DNA from: a virus
Reading direction: 5' to 3' (one strand)
IMG/VR virus record: IMGVR_UViG_3300027749_000095
Location: 1 to 64,000 of that record
Length of the DNA: 64,000 nucleotides
Shown: positions 34,641 through 49,300 of the stretch, in pieces
Layout of the letters: each line of letters starts with the position of its first letter
Position numbering within the stretch: position 1 is the first letter of the stretch
Made by a program: the position numbers and the translations under genes
Notes under the pieces: model-generated
Seen by the model: the letters and a program-made list of their open reading frames with translations, nothing else
What the model was told of the DNA's origin: nothing
Databases searched by the model: none

Positions 34641-36724
34641 TATATAATCCTACCAGTAAAGATAATGTAGTTAATTGTCAAGTACGGATTCATTGTACTA
34701 AATGGAACTCCTATTGAGCCGGTAGTTTGTATGGGTCCGCTATTAGTCAAGTACTGTCCAGCGGCAGTGGCAGTGGCTCCTAATCCGCTCGAAGCATCTG
34801 TATCATCAGGTGCGCCCGAAGTATTCCTAAATGCATAATACTGCCCTCCTAAATTTCCTTGCAAGTTGTGCCTGTGTTGAGGAAGATTGCCCACAGATAA
34901 TGTTGTATCTTCTGTACCTTCAGACATACCAACAGTATCAGCAGTAACGGAAGTTACCCTATCTGCAGCTGGATTAATAGTGGCACCTGTGGCGGCACCA
35001 GTTGGTAATAACGGAACAAGTGTTTCGTTATTCATACTATCTTTACCTAGGGGAAATCTTCCTCTTAAATCAGGTAATCCAAATGTTGATACTCCTAATA
35101 TATCAATTAACGGTTTATATGTGTAACTGATTGCTGCAAATAATTCTGGATACAACGAAATTAACTGCTCACTACCATCACATAACAAATATCCATTAGG
35201 CACAGTTATACCGGCAAAGGGCAGTATTGCACCTGCGGGAACTGTTGCTACATTTGATAAAAATGTTTGTTTATTAGTTTTTCTTAATCCTGTACCAATC
35301 CTATGAATAATTAATTCATCAGAAATTACAGAATCAAGAACTGATGTTTTAGTATTAATAAAGTCTGAGCTAAGAACTGTGGTAAACGTAGCAATACCGC
35401 CGACTTGTTGTCCGGTAAAGCTAACAGAATTACTGGTCATATCTCCCGTTAAACTGAACACCGTTGGGCTAGTTAATCTAGATGCTGTTCCTGTTACCGA
35501 ACCCGATAGTTGTCCAACAAACGTTCCGTTAAATGTAGTAGCGGTCATTGTAGGTGCGGTTATTGCGCCAGATGCAGCAATTGCGCCGGTTACTGTTAGT
35601 GCGCCAGTTGCCGCAGTACCAGTTATAACAAGATTTTGTCCCACATGCAAGTTTTTTGTAATAGATGCGCCGCCAGCAGTTTTTAAGCTGCCGGTAGTTA
35701 AGTTAGTTGCATTAGTAGTACCTGCAATTAATAAACTGTCACTTGTTTTAATTATACCAGTTACGTCTAACGCTTCTGTAGGATTAGTTTTATTAATACC
35801 AACATTTGTTCCAGACACGGTAACAACATCCTTATCAGAGCCGCTTTGTCTAATTCTAATAAAGACACTCGAACCTTCAGTTTTATTATATAAAACTGAT
35901 TCACCAACTTGAGTAGTTGTTAATGAGGTTGAAAGATCTGTCCCTATTGTAAGGCCCGAATTATTTCTAATTCCAAGACTGTAATTAGTAATACTAGCAA
36001 CGTCGCTTCTTAAGAAGTTTATAGCTGCTACTGAATTATTTCCCACTAATAAGCTGTTTGCAGTCTCAGCAGTTCCCCATAATTTATTAAGCACAGTGCC
36101 GTTGCCGTTAAAATCTTTAGTAGAGATAGTAATCCCTTGCTTAATTGTTGCAAATCCAGAAATTGTAGTCTTTGGAGTAAATGCATCTTTGCTAATAATC
36201 GCTACAATCTCATCGGCTACTACTAGACTAATTACTGTATGGCCAATACCAATAGGTGCTGTTGTATCAATAATAGTTTCAATGCGAGGGCCAGTCTGTG
36301 TTCCTTCACTAAATTGTGGTCCAACAAGAATCCAACTAGACCCTGACCATAAAGATAGCTGTTGATTAGCAGTGTCTACCCACAAGTCTCCAAGGGTTGC
36401 TGTGGCAGCAAGTGGTGCGCTGATTGATTTTCTAACGTTACCAGCGGCTATCCAGTTAGTGCTATCCCATACTTTTAATTGTGGCTGGGCTGGATTAGAT
36501 AACAATCCAGTGTCATACCATAATTGTCCTATTTGTGGATTTGATGGTGGAGACGCCTTGGCAAAATTCTCTAATAAATGCAAGAAATTTTCTGCAATAT
36601 ACTGTGAATATCCAGTATAATTCTTCCCCACAAATGTCAAACTTGTTTCTTGATTAATCGTTTGATCGGCAACCGTAATACTACCGTAGTTTGGGGCATC
36701 AGAGTGATCAATATTATATGACAT
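34640..36724 (-). CDS. tail fibre protein with phage tail-collar domain (gp12-like C-terminus)
   Basis: VPAGAILPFAG...P.GYLLCDG, FGLPDLRGRFPLG, LPQHRH and MNPYLTINYII. Confidence 0.85.
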   Translation of the reverse strand: MSYNIDHSDAPNYGSITVADQTINQETSLTFVGKNYTGYSQYIAENFLHLLENFAKASPPSNPQIGQLWYDTGLLSNPAQPQLKVWDSTNWIAAGNVRKSISAPLAATATLGDLWVDTANQQLSLWSGSSWILVGPQFSEGTQTGPRIETIIDTTAPIGIGHTVISLVVADEIVAIISKDAFTPKTTISGFATIKQGITISTKDFNGNGTVLNKLWGTAETANSLLVGNNSVAAINFLRSDVASITNYSLGIRNNSGLTIGTDLSTSLTTTQVGESVLYNKTEGSSVFIRIRQSGSDKDVVTVSGTNVGINKTNPTEALDVTGIIKTSDSLLIAGTTNATNLTTGSLKTAGGASITKNLHVGQNLVITGTAATGALTVTGAIAASGAITAPTMTATTFNGTFVGQLSGSVTGTASRLTSPTVFSLTGDMTSNSVSFTGQQVGGIATFTTVLSSDFINTKTSVLDSVISDELIIHRIGTGLRKTNKQTFLSNVATVPAGAILPFAGITVPNGYLLCDGSEQLISLYPELFAAISYTYKPLIDILGVSTFGLPDLRGRFPLGKDSMNNETLVPLLPTGAATGATINPAADRVTSVTADTVGMSEGTEDTTLSVGNLPQHRHNLQGNLGGQYYAFRNTSGAPDDTDASSGLGATATAAGQYLTNSGPIQTTGSIGVPFSTMNPYLTINYIIFTGRII

Positions 36725-37335
36725 TATGCAACCTCACTTAGTCCAGTCAAACTCTGTATACGTACAGTGTAGTCAACTTGGATTAATCGATTTAAACTCT
36801 TCTGAACAGGGTGGAAAATTACATGAGTTAATAGTTTGCTATTCCCAGTAGTACTATAAGACTTTAACCCCAATTCGTCAAACACAAAGTCTGAATTATT
36901 GTTAGTAGTGTTGTCAAATGCATCTTGTCCTTGAGGCTCACCGTAGTCTAACAAGCAAGTAACAAATACGTCAGTATAGTTAGTACCTGTTACGTGACGA
37001 GTTTCAATTTTATTTCTAACTGGATCTAAATTAGTTACTGAACGATCATCTACAACCTTACTATACGTTTCGCTGTATAATGTAGCACTTGTTCCTGTCG
37101 AATTTGGCGTTAGATACGTGATAATACCTGTAGGATCCACAGTAGTGCCACCGTTGCCAAACGCAATTTCATAGATAAATCCTTGCCCAGAGTTGGCAAT
37201 ACTTTCTGCCAACGCAACGCTCATATTTTCGTAGTGTATAGCATTACGTTTATTAATGAAAACCTCTTGGGTTTTAGGGTCATAAATTTTAATATGACCT
37301 TCTATATGAATTCCTGATAAGTCTTTACCTTGCAT
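36724..37335 (-). CDS. baseplate/tail structural protein
   Basis: 203 aa, IEGHIKI...NAIHYEN, FDELGL and HVIFHPVQKS. Late promoter upstream. Confidence 0.7.
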   Translation of the reverse strand: MQGKDLSGIHIEGHIKIYDPKTQEVFINKRNAIHYENMSVALAESIANSGQGFIYEIAFGNGGTTVDPTGIITYLTPNSTGTSATLYSETYSKVVDDRSVTNLDPVRNKIETRHVTGTNYTDVFVTCLLDYGEPQGQDAFDNTTNNNSDFVFDELGLKSYSTTGNSKLLTHVIFHPVQKSLNRLIQVDYTVRIQSLTGLSEVA

Positions 37336-37355
37336 ATTGATCTCTCATTGTTTAT

Positions 37356-37362
37356 TATTTAT
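37356..37362 (-). promoter_or_regulatory. late promoter (ATAAATA)
   Basis: ATAAATA overlapping the stop codon of the giant gene, about 20 nt upstream of ATG 37335. Confidence 0.62.
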
Positions 37363-40300
37363 CGTGGCCAAACAGTTGTGTTTTCCTTCAAGAAATTCGC
37401 GATCTTATTATCGGAATTTGCCAAACTCTTACCTGCATCGCCCCATTCTTTGCCTATTTTCTTAACAATAACCACTTTAGTATTGTCGGCGGCAGCAGTA
37501 GTTAACGTGACGCTATTATCTATTCCACCTATACTAAATTCTGCAGGGAAAGTACTGTCCCCTTCTAAACTGTATGGCTGATCATTTAGTTCTTCAAACA
37601 GACTATATGCAACTTTCTTTAGCTTATATCCGCCCACGAACACATCAACTTCGTTTGTATTTTCTGGAATGTATGTTAAGTTGCCCACCTCTGTAGTAAC
37701 TCCATCACTAACTACTGTATCAACAATAATTTGGTCAGTGTACGGTATTGTTTCAGTTGGGCCGATGTCCTGGACTACTTCTCCTACAATATGTACTGTA
37801 GGGGTTCCTGTTCCTAATGTGCCTCGTCTCAATTGACCTAAAACATTTCCAACTTTAGTAAAGTATTCAATACGTTCACCGTTAATTTCAATAATACCGG
37901 GCAAGTTTAATACAGGATTAGGTACAGAAAATATTGATCCGTCTACTACAGTAATTTCAATATCAGATTGTATTAATTCAACAGCTAGTATTGATGCTTT
38001 GTCTGCACGTAAACGCTTGTAGTGTACTCGATTTAACATGTCTTTAAACTGCATAAATCCAAATGTCGTCCGTATAACGTTGTCAGTAAACAACATTACT
38101 TGAACTACATCTGTATCTTCTAGTGAATCTTTTAATTTAACAGTTATTCGATCATTTTCTACAACATAATCAACACTATGTGTTAGTAACGTGCCGTTTT
38201 TAATAATCCATACAAAATCATCTGATACAGCAGGGCGGCGTAGAGTAAAATATCCGCCTAGCTTGTTGGTAAATTCATAATAATCAGTTGTGCCTGGAGT
38301 TAATGTAGCTGATGGAACAAATATATCAGTAGTCCTATCTATATCTAATAGCATATGATTATAGAATGTAACTATTTCTAACTCAGTAGATACAGGATAG
38401 ATATCAGTAAACTCAATTGTTCCTGCATCCGTTATTGTATAATCTGAAGATAAGTCAACTACTACTGCAAGTTTATCTCCTGCAACATACGATGCTTGAG
38501 AAATGTTAATTGTAATTCCAAACAAATCAACAACATATCCCATACCCTGTTCTAACTTATTTGAAGCAGAATATACTCTAATATCAGTAGCGTTAATTGT
38601 GTATGTTGCAAATTTATGTGAAGGAATTGCATACGACAATACATTGTCTGCCATTGTGAAATATATTACTGTCGGTGGACGTAATATTTCTTGTCCTTTA
38701 CGCACAATTACATTTGTTTCGTATGGCTGTAACCCGCTGCCTGGTAATAAGTTAGGGCTTAAATTATCTAAATCATAAATTGTAGTAGAGCCGTCTGTTG
38801 TAATAGTCTGACTCTTTACTACGCTAGCCGTCTGTATAGTTGTGCTAGTATCTATCATATAGTTAATAAGTGCGTTTAATGTCACCGGAGCGCCAAATCG
38901 AATTCCTGTCCTATTAGGGCTACTGTATGTAGAATCAGTTCTAAATAGTTCGTAGCTAATTACTAATCCATTAACTAATACTGTAGAACTTAGTCCCGAA
39001 TCAATCCACGGAGCACGGGTAACGTATTCAGTAGTAGTGCCGTCGGCGATAAAATAATCTAAATCTAAAATATTATCACTATTGAATCCGACACTTATTA
39101 TACTTACTATTGAATTATCTATTGGTGCAAGATCAAATATCACAGAATTAGACGGCCAGTCAATAGTATAAGCTGTCTGTTCAATTACAATATTTCCAAC
39201 TTTAACAATTACTGCCCTTTCAGTTGCAAAGTTTTGTCCCACAACAAAAGTGGTGTTTATGCCGTTGCCTACATAGTTCTTAAACAAAATATTAGGAGCA
39301 CCACTTGCTGGTCTATGGAACACTTTAATTGCTAACGCATCTGTTACATGCCCTGGCACAATCTCCTCCGGAGCGTGGCTTGTTGTTGCTGTGACAAAAT
39401 CGTCGCCATCAATATTAATATCTGCAGGGGCATATCCAGTAGCAGTTGTTAAGACCGATCCGTTAAATGCACCGCCTTGCAGTTGCGTGTCGTATTCATT
39501 TGGTTGCGGAAGAACACTTCCGTCACTTGTGCTTCTACGGAATACAACTTTATCACCGGCAGCAATAGTCAAATATGTGTTGGGTATAGTAAATATTTCG
39601 GTTGATCCGTTGCCCTCAATTGGCAACATTACTACATTCGGCTTACCTGCCATTGGATATGTTATAAAATCAGGATCGTCAATGCGATTACCGTTAACAT
39701 ATATGTTAACTATTTCAGCAACTGCCGGAGCATATTGTAAATCATATGTGTAAACTCCGGCGCCTGCTGTAAAGATTCTATCATCAAATGCAGAGTCAAA
39801 TCCATCCCAACTATCGCTAAACCACGGAAGCGCATCCCATCCGCCAGTTGCGCCAAATCCCATTCCTTGTAATTGAACTCCGTCGTAATCAATTCCGCGC
39901 ATTAACTGCGCAAGATCTTTTCCTAGCATACCACTTGATGGCTCATAGAAGAAATTAATTCTGTCAGCTGCTGACATATGTTCAAAATTCTTTTCGTAGG
40001 TGATCCTAATAGTTTCACCCACATTAGGTGCTGTGTCTAATTTTAACAAGCCCGAATAGCTAGTGTATCCTCTGCTTGTAGATTTTTTAGTGGTTAATGC
40101 ATATTCGCCGCGTAAAATATCAATGCCGGTTACCCCCGGTGCATCAGGATCAATGCCCACTGGATATAACTTAATAGATGCTGATCCAATTTCTATTCTA
40201 GGACTCCACTTTAACGCAAACTGTACACGAGATCCAGTACCAGTAAATGTTTCAGTTTCAGTTTTTTCGCTAATATAATACGCACGAGTTATTCTATCAA

Positions 40301-43300
40301 ACTTGATAGTAATTTTATTAGATCTAACCACTTCACTTTCAATTATTGCCACTACAGTTGCAGGAGTGCCACCTTCTGATAATCCGCCATCAATTGTAAT
40401 TATTGGGGCTTTAAGATACCCTGTGCCTCCAGAAACTATATTAATACGGTTAACTTTACCATTGGAAATATATGCCTTGGCCATTGCGCCTGTACCAAAT
40501 CCTCCGTCTATCCTAACTACAGGTTGATTAATATATCCACTGCCGCCGTCAAATATTTCTATTGACTGAATAGTGAATCCCACATGGTCATACCAATGTT
40601 TCCACGGGTACGCAAGAATGTCACTCGAAGTTGCATTAATACTTCCATCGTTACTAACTGTTACACTCATCGGAGTAATTGTTAACTTATTAGTAACTAG
40701 TGGAATTAAGTCAAAGTCAGTAGTTGACTGTCTAGCATAATCTGTTTTATTGTATAAGCTAACATACTCTCTAATTTTTGTTCTATAAGGTTTTACTTCA
40801 TTTATATAATCTTCAAAATTAGACAAATTATCGTTATTATACGTAACTTTTTCTTTTAGTTCACCAACATTGTGAGTTGCTTTTACAAAGCTAGTTTTAA
40901 ATGCCCAGTCAATAAAAATTTGTTCGTGCAATACATAACGTAAACTAGAGAAGAACAATTTTAAATATTCTACTCGTAGATCATCTACAAAGATTTTATC
41001 TTTAATAGCAGTAATAATGATTCGCAATTCTGCTGCTGCAAAATTATCATATAATGATGCATCAAATAGTTGATTATCAAATCCTATCGACGAGTTAACA
41101 AACGTATATATACTGCTTGAGAGTTGAATGGTTCCATTTTGTCTACCGACTACTTTGTAGTTTTGTGTGTAATCGATAGTTGTTAAATCATTATATTTTT
41201 CCAATAGTAGCCAACCGCCGGTGCCAATATTTTTTACCTTTACTATATTTCCAATATTTGCAGATAAAGTTACAAGATAATATGTGTTATCAACTAAGTG
41301 ATCAATTTTTGTAAACTGTGTATATCCGGTAGCATACCAATCAGTATAATTCCAAAATTTTGTTACATCATACGACTGACTTCTTGATCTGTCCCACACC
41401 TTATCTTTACTATTCCATGCATATATACTCCACTTGTTAAAAGAATTAGTGTCGCTTAATACTAATACAGAATACGGTCTAATTGACAAGATAGTATCGT
41501 CAAAGTATCCGCGACCTTGATTTTGTATTTTAACAGAAACAATTCTACCGACAGCATCTAATACTGCTGTTAATATTGCACCAACGCCCGAACTGCTAAT
41601 TTTAATCAAAGGAGGATTGTTATATCCGTATCCGGGATTATCTATTAATACATCAGTTATAATTCCATTTTCAGTAACAGCAGTTAATCTTGCTTGAACT
41701 AATGTTGCTGTACCGATAAATTTTAACTCAGTCTCAAAATCTATTGTAGTATCCCATAATCCAGAAACTGTAGATGGTAAGGGGTCAGATAGCAGTAGAT
41801 CACTTAGGTCAAACTCGTCAACAATTAAATTTTCCAGTAGTACATAATTTACATGTTCTATGTATTGCTTTAGAGCTTCAACTCGATTGATAAACATTCC
41901 TTGACGTGGTCTAAATTCAGTCCCGTATCTATTTTTTACTGGCAGGTTAGTATCAGGTACTACTCGATCGTTACTATCTTTTCCAATCAAACTATCTATC
42001 CATTTATTTTCAATATTCTTAGGAATAGTAGTATTACCGTGCTCGCTTATAATTTTCCACTGACTGTGTAGATTAATTTCGTGATTGTCAATCAACCATG
42101 TTTGGAAATTCAATACTACATCAGTTCCCTGAACAGTTTTGTTAACATTAACTAAGCTAAAGCTATTTACGCCTGTTGGTGCAACACATGTGTACCCGTA
42201 TCCGATAGGGTCAGCAATTAATTTAGAAACATTGTCAGCTGACAATGTTCTTCCTGCAACATTAGGTGTTACTGTTTTATTCTTAACCCAGAAATAATAT
42301 GTCGGAATTAATTTTTGCCCCACAGTATCATACTTGTTCTTAACACTATAACTTGCGTCTCCGTACCGGCTTGTGCCACTGATGCCAGTGACTAACCCCT
42401 TAACAGTGTCGGCTAATTTGTCCCATTCACTTGGCAAATATTTTGTTTCAACCCATTCGTAAATGTCAATACTGGCAGTTTTATATAACTTATTCCATGT
42501 TGTTGATCTGTATACAACTTCACCGCCTTGATTATCTAAAAACTTAGCACGAGTCAAATCCCACCACAACATACCTATTTGATTTTTAGTCCAGTTTAGT
42601 CCGCTATCGACATTAACGGAAGCAGATCCTATAGAATATGTTGCGGGGTCAAAGTATGTTTTATATCTAATTTCTTGATCGGCTGGTCCAGGGATCTTTC
42701 CTTGTATTGGGTCAACTACATCAAGATATGTTACTATACTGTTAGTTACTCTGTTATATAGATACGCTTTTTTAACATTAGAAATATTTGGTCTTGGTTG
42801 TTCTTGATAGTATAGTTCCCAGGAAGTAGACGTAGCAGCCTTTGAGTAAGAATATACTGCTCCCACTAATAAATTGTCTCTAGGTGCGCCAACTAAGATA
42901 GTGTCCTTACCTGCTGCAATTGATGCCCCGTAGCCGTTGCCGTTTACTGCAACAATATCAGCATCAAGACTTTCACCATACAAGAATTTAGAACCATACA
43001 TATCATACACGTCAATTCGACCAGTATCTACTTGTTTATTAACTATTCTAAGAGTGTTGTTATCAAATGTAGTTGGAGAATTTCGAAGCGGCGATGCAGG
43101 ATCATTAATATATCTACTACCATGAACTGCTTCGGCGCCTTCTAATAACCTTGTATAAACGTCCACAGTCCCTATTCTGTTTAAGTCGCCACGTTTTGCA
43201 AGTACTACTAATGTAGTATCATTGTTAGTAAAGTATACTGCGGCTCCAAACTGCTCTCCTCGTTCTTTTGCGGGACTCACAATACTTTGATATAAAGTGT

Positions 43301-46300
43301 ACTGTGTAGGATCAAGCGTATAAATGTACACTGCTCCTTGGTCAACTTCTGTTACATCAACTAATGAACTGCCAATTGCAATATAATCAGCAGACTGAGA
43401 TATTGCTATACTTTCGCCGAATCTGTTACCTATAGCACCTGATAAGGTATCAAACAAATCATATCCAGTTTCACCTATTTGATATACATATACATCACCT
43501 GCACTATCATTTGCAATTGGTGCGGCTGCAACAAACATGTTTCCGGTAGCAGATATTGCAATATTATATACATCAATTATCGGCAATGCAGTTACATAAT
43601 TAGCCCATGTTCCTGTTGTTACTTGATAAAAATATACTTTATCAAGAGCCGATATTGCTAAAATATAAGTGTTGCCATTTTTAGCAAATGCTAATTTAGA
43701 TCCAAACAGCTCGTCGTCATCCGGAGTTTGACTAATAATATACTCAACAAAAACATACCCTGTGCCGGGAGTATTATAATAAAGAGAAACATATCCTTGA
43801 TTGTCTAATCCGCTACTATCAACATTAGATGCATACGGAGCAGCAATAGCTAACCATTTGCCATCGGCAGATAGTGCAGATTCAGAGCCAAACTCTTGGG
43901 CTGCTATATCAGCAATTGAGGTATCTATTACTATTGATTGATTTTGAATCCAGTTATATGTGGTAGAGGTAGAATAATATTTTTCAAAGATAATTACTTG
44001 ATCTGCATCGGTAACTATTGCCGTTATTCCCGATTGTGATAATGTTACTTTCTTTCCAAAATTTAAACCAGTAATATCTGGAACTGTGGCAAGGTCAATT
44101 TTAGAAACACCATACACTTTAGTATTTTCATACACTCCCCAATTACCGTTACCGGAATCTTTTGCCCACAGTAATTCACCAGGTTTGATAACTGTCGGTA
44201 AGTTGTCGTTTGCATTTTCAATATTATCAAACAAGCACGGTAGGAACTGATACAGTGAGATTTGTGTGCTATCAACCGGTGCTTCCCATCCTGCAACTGT
44301 CACTTTAATATTAATAGTACGCAATTCTACCGAATACACCGAATGGAACCCTTTGACTAACTCATTGTTTTCAATGCCCAGTATGTCGCCGGGTGTGATG
44401 TTGGGAATCCTATCACATGTAATAGACAAAACGCCAGCTGCATACGTTACGTCTTCTACATTAAACACACTATTAGTAAATCGATATACATTCCATTTTT
44501 CATTAAAGCTGTTTAACTTGTTTTCAAACGCACACCAAACATAATCGCCCTCGATAAACGTGCTAATGTCATATTGTACTGCATCACTTAACTCATCAAC
44601 ACTTAATTTTACATCGTCGTATCTAACAAATCCGGGAGTACGCAGATACTGTTTAGTGCCAGTCACAGTCCATATGTTGTTATTATAATCTAATGGTTTA
44701 ATATATACATCTGACGGACGTTGTCTATACACAAAATCTATCACTGTAGGATCAATGGCCGATACTAGCTCAACTGGCTGAGGATTAACTTTAAACTTTG
44801 ATTCGTCTAGCATAAATTCTGTTTCGGCAAATGCGGTAACTGCTCCGTAATCGCCAACACGTACTGCCCATTCTTCATTAAATGTTAAACTTTCCATGCC
44901 GTCAGCACTTAGTACATCAAATAATTTATTAAGCACATTTTGTGTGCCTTTCTCAATAATCATTCCTTGATAAAATTTATATTGACTTACATCGTCTTTA
45001 ATAATATTTTCAAGATACTGACGTTTCTGATATCCGATTAAATGTTGAGCAAATTTTTGTTGTTCAGCATCAAAGTTATCAGTGTCTAAATCATAGAAGT
45101 CGGTGAATTGTTCTGTTCTGTAATCCCAGTTAGCTACCATCTTTGATGTCGGCTTTTCTGCCAATATTGCCCAATCTGCCGCAGCAAATTGTTGTGCTCC
45201 TGGAAGAGTTGACAACGCTGAATAATAAAACTCTTTATATTTTACGATGTCGCCTAACTTATAATCAACCCACGGAGTCCAATCATTAATTTTAGCTTGG
45301 TCAAATATAAATCCGGGAATATTAAATCCGCCTTTCCAATTTTGACTAACATATCCAATAACTTTAATGCGCTCTTGTCGATATCCAGGCTCAAGGTCAT
45401 ATATTACATCATTAAACAATGTTGTATTATCTAAAATTAATGCATGTTCTTTCTGTATCATAAAAAATACAGCGCCATATATGCCGTGAGTTGTGTTAGA
45501 CGGGGTTATTGAAAACTCATTAGCTTCGGAATTTCTATATGTGTTAGTAAATTCGGGTTCTAATTTTTGACCGTCTACTCTAAATATTTTATATCCAAAG
45601 AAAGGATCTAGCAGATCGTTAACTACGCTGTTAGTAGTTACTATTGATAGTCTGTTTGCCGACGGACTTAAAGAAAGTACTGCGCCGGCTCCCCAGTTCT
45701 GAGTTGTCCAAAACATAAATTCTTTTACAGCAGTTTCCCAATTAGTAATAGATTTTAATTCTGTGTTAAAGTCGTTAAACACAAATCCCTGATCTGTTAA
45801 GTATGCTCCGTACCCTTGTAGGAAATCAACTACATCTTGTACCGTGGATAATTTTGTGCCGTATCCCAGAGTTAGTTTTGTTGTAATATCCCACGCTTTT
45901 CGAATATTTGCGTCACGACCTCCCGACACTGGGAGCCTTGCAAGTTTTGAAAACAGCGTACTATCAAATGTATCAGTAGCCGTATGAGTAATGTTTACCC
46001 TATAAAATTGATTATTATAATTTACAATGATTCCGGAGGCATATTGTTTTCCTGCCGACCATATAATATAACTGTCAGAAATACCCCCAACATTAATAGT
46101 TCTTCCCGAATCCATCCATGGATGGTAGTTAAAATACGGCTGTTCGTTGTAATACCCGGTAATTTCAAATCCGTCAGGATGTTTTGTAATAACCACGGCG
46201 CTATATACAACTTTTTTAACTGCTGAAGATGTGTTTAGAAAAACAGTGTAATTTTCTTCTGGAACAAACACCCCGCCTGTACTTGTAGGACTCTTGCTGT

Positions 46301-49300
46301 CTAATAATAATTTAAATTTACTCTTTGCAGTAAATCCGCCTAACTTGACTCCGAGATTATTAGTTAATGAATCTAAATCTGTTTGGTATTGGTTGATCAA
46401 TACACTTGTATCATTAGTCATAAAATCAATTATATAATTAATTAGACCAGATGTTAGTACCCTTGTTGAACTTAATGTTGTAGATGGCAGTACAATATCA
46501 GCAAGTCGAATGCGTAATCCTGTATCGGCATATACAAATTGTCCACTAAGGTTACGGACTATACGGCTTCGATCTAAACATGTTCCTAAAACTTTATTAG
46601 GTTGTAATAATAGGGCTGCTTGAATAACTGCAAACGGATAATGCCCCGAACGACGCCATGCTGATTCAACTGGGCCCACATCTCCGAATGTATAATATCC
46701 TTCAGCCGTAGGTTTAATTGTGCCGTTAACAAAATTAGCATCAACTGGGTTTTGCAAGTTGCCAGCATTGTCTACCGGAACTCCCTTTGCTAATATTGAT
46801 TTTGCAAATTTTTCCAAACGTCTAATAGGTCGGCCTGGTTCTTTAACTATGCCTTGACGAATATCATCCCACATGATTAAATTGTCGCTTGTATATGGAA
46901 TTGGTCCATATACTTCTTTCCACCATTTTGGTTGTATACTAAATCCTAAACATTCCCACGGATGAGTGTGTGGGCGATCGGTATCTAATACCCAACGGTA
47001 AATACCCCTCCAAAATGCAGGCACAGATACCCCGTCAGGGGTATAATTTCCACGATAATTAAATGTGAATGGATTTAGTCTGTCCCACCATTCGGCATTT
47101 TGTTTAGCATAATCCGTTCCAACATTAGTAGTCCACTGATAGAAAAATGTTCCCAATATGTCTTCAAACTCTTCTTTTGAATACGTAGTTACTCTATCAT
47201 ATCCAGGAATATGATCATATATATTAAAAATAGTTGAATCGTACTGTACTTTAATATTATTAAAGATACGTTTTTCTAATTCTAATATTAAATCGTCGCG
47301 ATAGTCGCCGAACGCAATTGTTATACTACCGTCATGTCCTTGTATAACTTCTGTTGGTTCTGCATATGTTGTATCAATGAACTTTGAAGGGACAAACTTA
47401 GGATATAATCCTAATTTAGTAGGAGTTGCGGGACAGAATGATCCGTCAGTGCTTTCGTATTCTACAGCAACAATTGTATCGCCGTCGACTAAGTCTGTTA
47501 ATATTTCAAAAAATACGTCAGTGCCAAAAACATAATCAATGCCTTCAATAAGCTGCACTTCATTAAGATAAATGTTAACAGACTTATTAGATAATACTGT
47601 TAAATTAAATGCAGTTGTTAATGGATACACTTTCGTACGAGCATCAAGGACTGTATATTCAAGTAATGTAGATGCTGAGTAGCCATACATATCCGATAGA
47701 TAGTATGGTCGTGAAGTAGATTTATCTTTTGCTAATTCTGCTAATACAAAATCAACATGGCGTTGAGGATCAGTGTCAATCCCCAAACTTGACGCTGTTA
47801 CAATAAATGCTCTTTTAAATTTACTGTAATCATCTCTTGCTTGCTCAAGCGCCTTGAAAACGTTTGCGGTCGACGATCCAAGATGATATAAACTTAAATT
47901 CACTGGGCCGCTGTGCTGAATAAATCTTGTGCCGGACGGTGTAATATTTCCAATGTCCCGTAAATTACCGGTACCTGGGTATGTGCCGACAAATGTAGTA
48001 ATGTTATCTATTATTGAGTCCACGTGATCAATTACTTGACCCAATGTAAATTCAGATAGATTGTCATTCAGCGGATTATTTTGTAAATTAACTGGAATTT
48101 CATAATATCCGTTATCATTTTTTTGCTGTGCTGCTAAACATTTTAATGTTATAACGTCTGTAGTTGCAACGGCGGTTGTTAATAATACATATTTTCTAAT
48201 ATTACCAGTAGCAATAGTATACGCAGATCTAGCTAGTCGTTTTCCGTTAATATATACTCTAACTTCTAAATCATCTAAATCATCTACGTTAGAATAAACA
48301 TCAATAGGAAAATTATTAACTAGCCCACTTTCTTTAAAAATTCTAATAATAGGTTGTAAATGTGTTATTTCTGTAGTCTTCCAACCGTTAACATAATCAA
48401 AAACTGTTAAACTTGTTACAGACTTTAAAAACCCAACATCAGTTTTTTTAGTAATAATGTCAACTACGCTTTTGTAATTAAAGCTGTCTGATAGCAAAGT
48501 AAATTCAAACGCAATGTCACCAATGTTGTTTATATTCTGATAAGCTAAGGGAAATCCTAGTTCACTGTCGTTAGTGCCAGTTCCTAACTTATATGAAAAT
48601 ATTTTATTTCCGGTAAAGGTTGTTCCGTCATATACTAATGCATTTCCGTAGCTAGTGCCATCAGAATCAAATACGTCAAATAATGGCGATTGATTAACTA
48701 GTGTTTTCTTTTGCCCTAATTTCCATGCTGTGCCTGTGTACCAGTACATTAGTCCTTGATTGACTAACCCTTGCTCTACTAGTACAGTTTCATTTTCTAA
48801 AGGAATACTGTCAGCAGCTTCTACCAAGTTGATCTGACGGCGAGCGCCTGCAAACACTTCTAATTTGTGAACGTCGGAGCCTGTGGCAAAAATGTCTGCG
48901 GTTACTGTTAAGTTTTTGTCGACATATAATTTAATTTGTGTTGAATTAACTACCGATACGTAATATGCTTTTCTGTTAGTTAACCCAGAGATACTAGTGT
49001 TGCCATTGTTAAGATACAGTACCTGATTACCAGTTGTTAGCCCGTGGCCGATCTCACCAGTTAGCGTATTAATTTCAATAGTGATAATATCGGTTATAGG
49101 ATCAATTCCCAATAATGCATAAAATCCTATTTGTCTTCCGGGAACTGTAACATTAACAAAATTAATATCAAAAATTCTATCTTTTACTAATGAATCAGTA
49201 TCGGCAGCAAATAAAACCCTCATACCGCTAGCTAGATCTACTCCGTCAATATTGTATCCTAACTTGCCTTCAATTGAGGAAAATGCATCTGTTGTAAATG

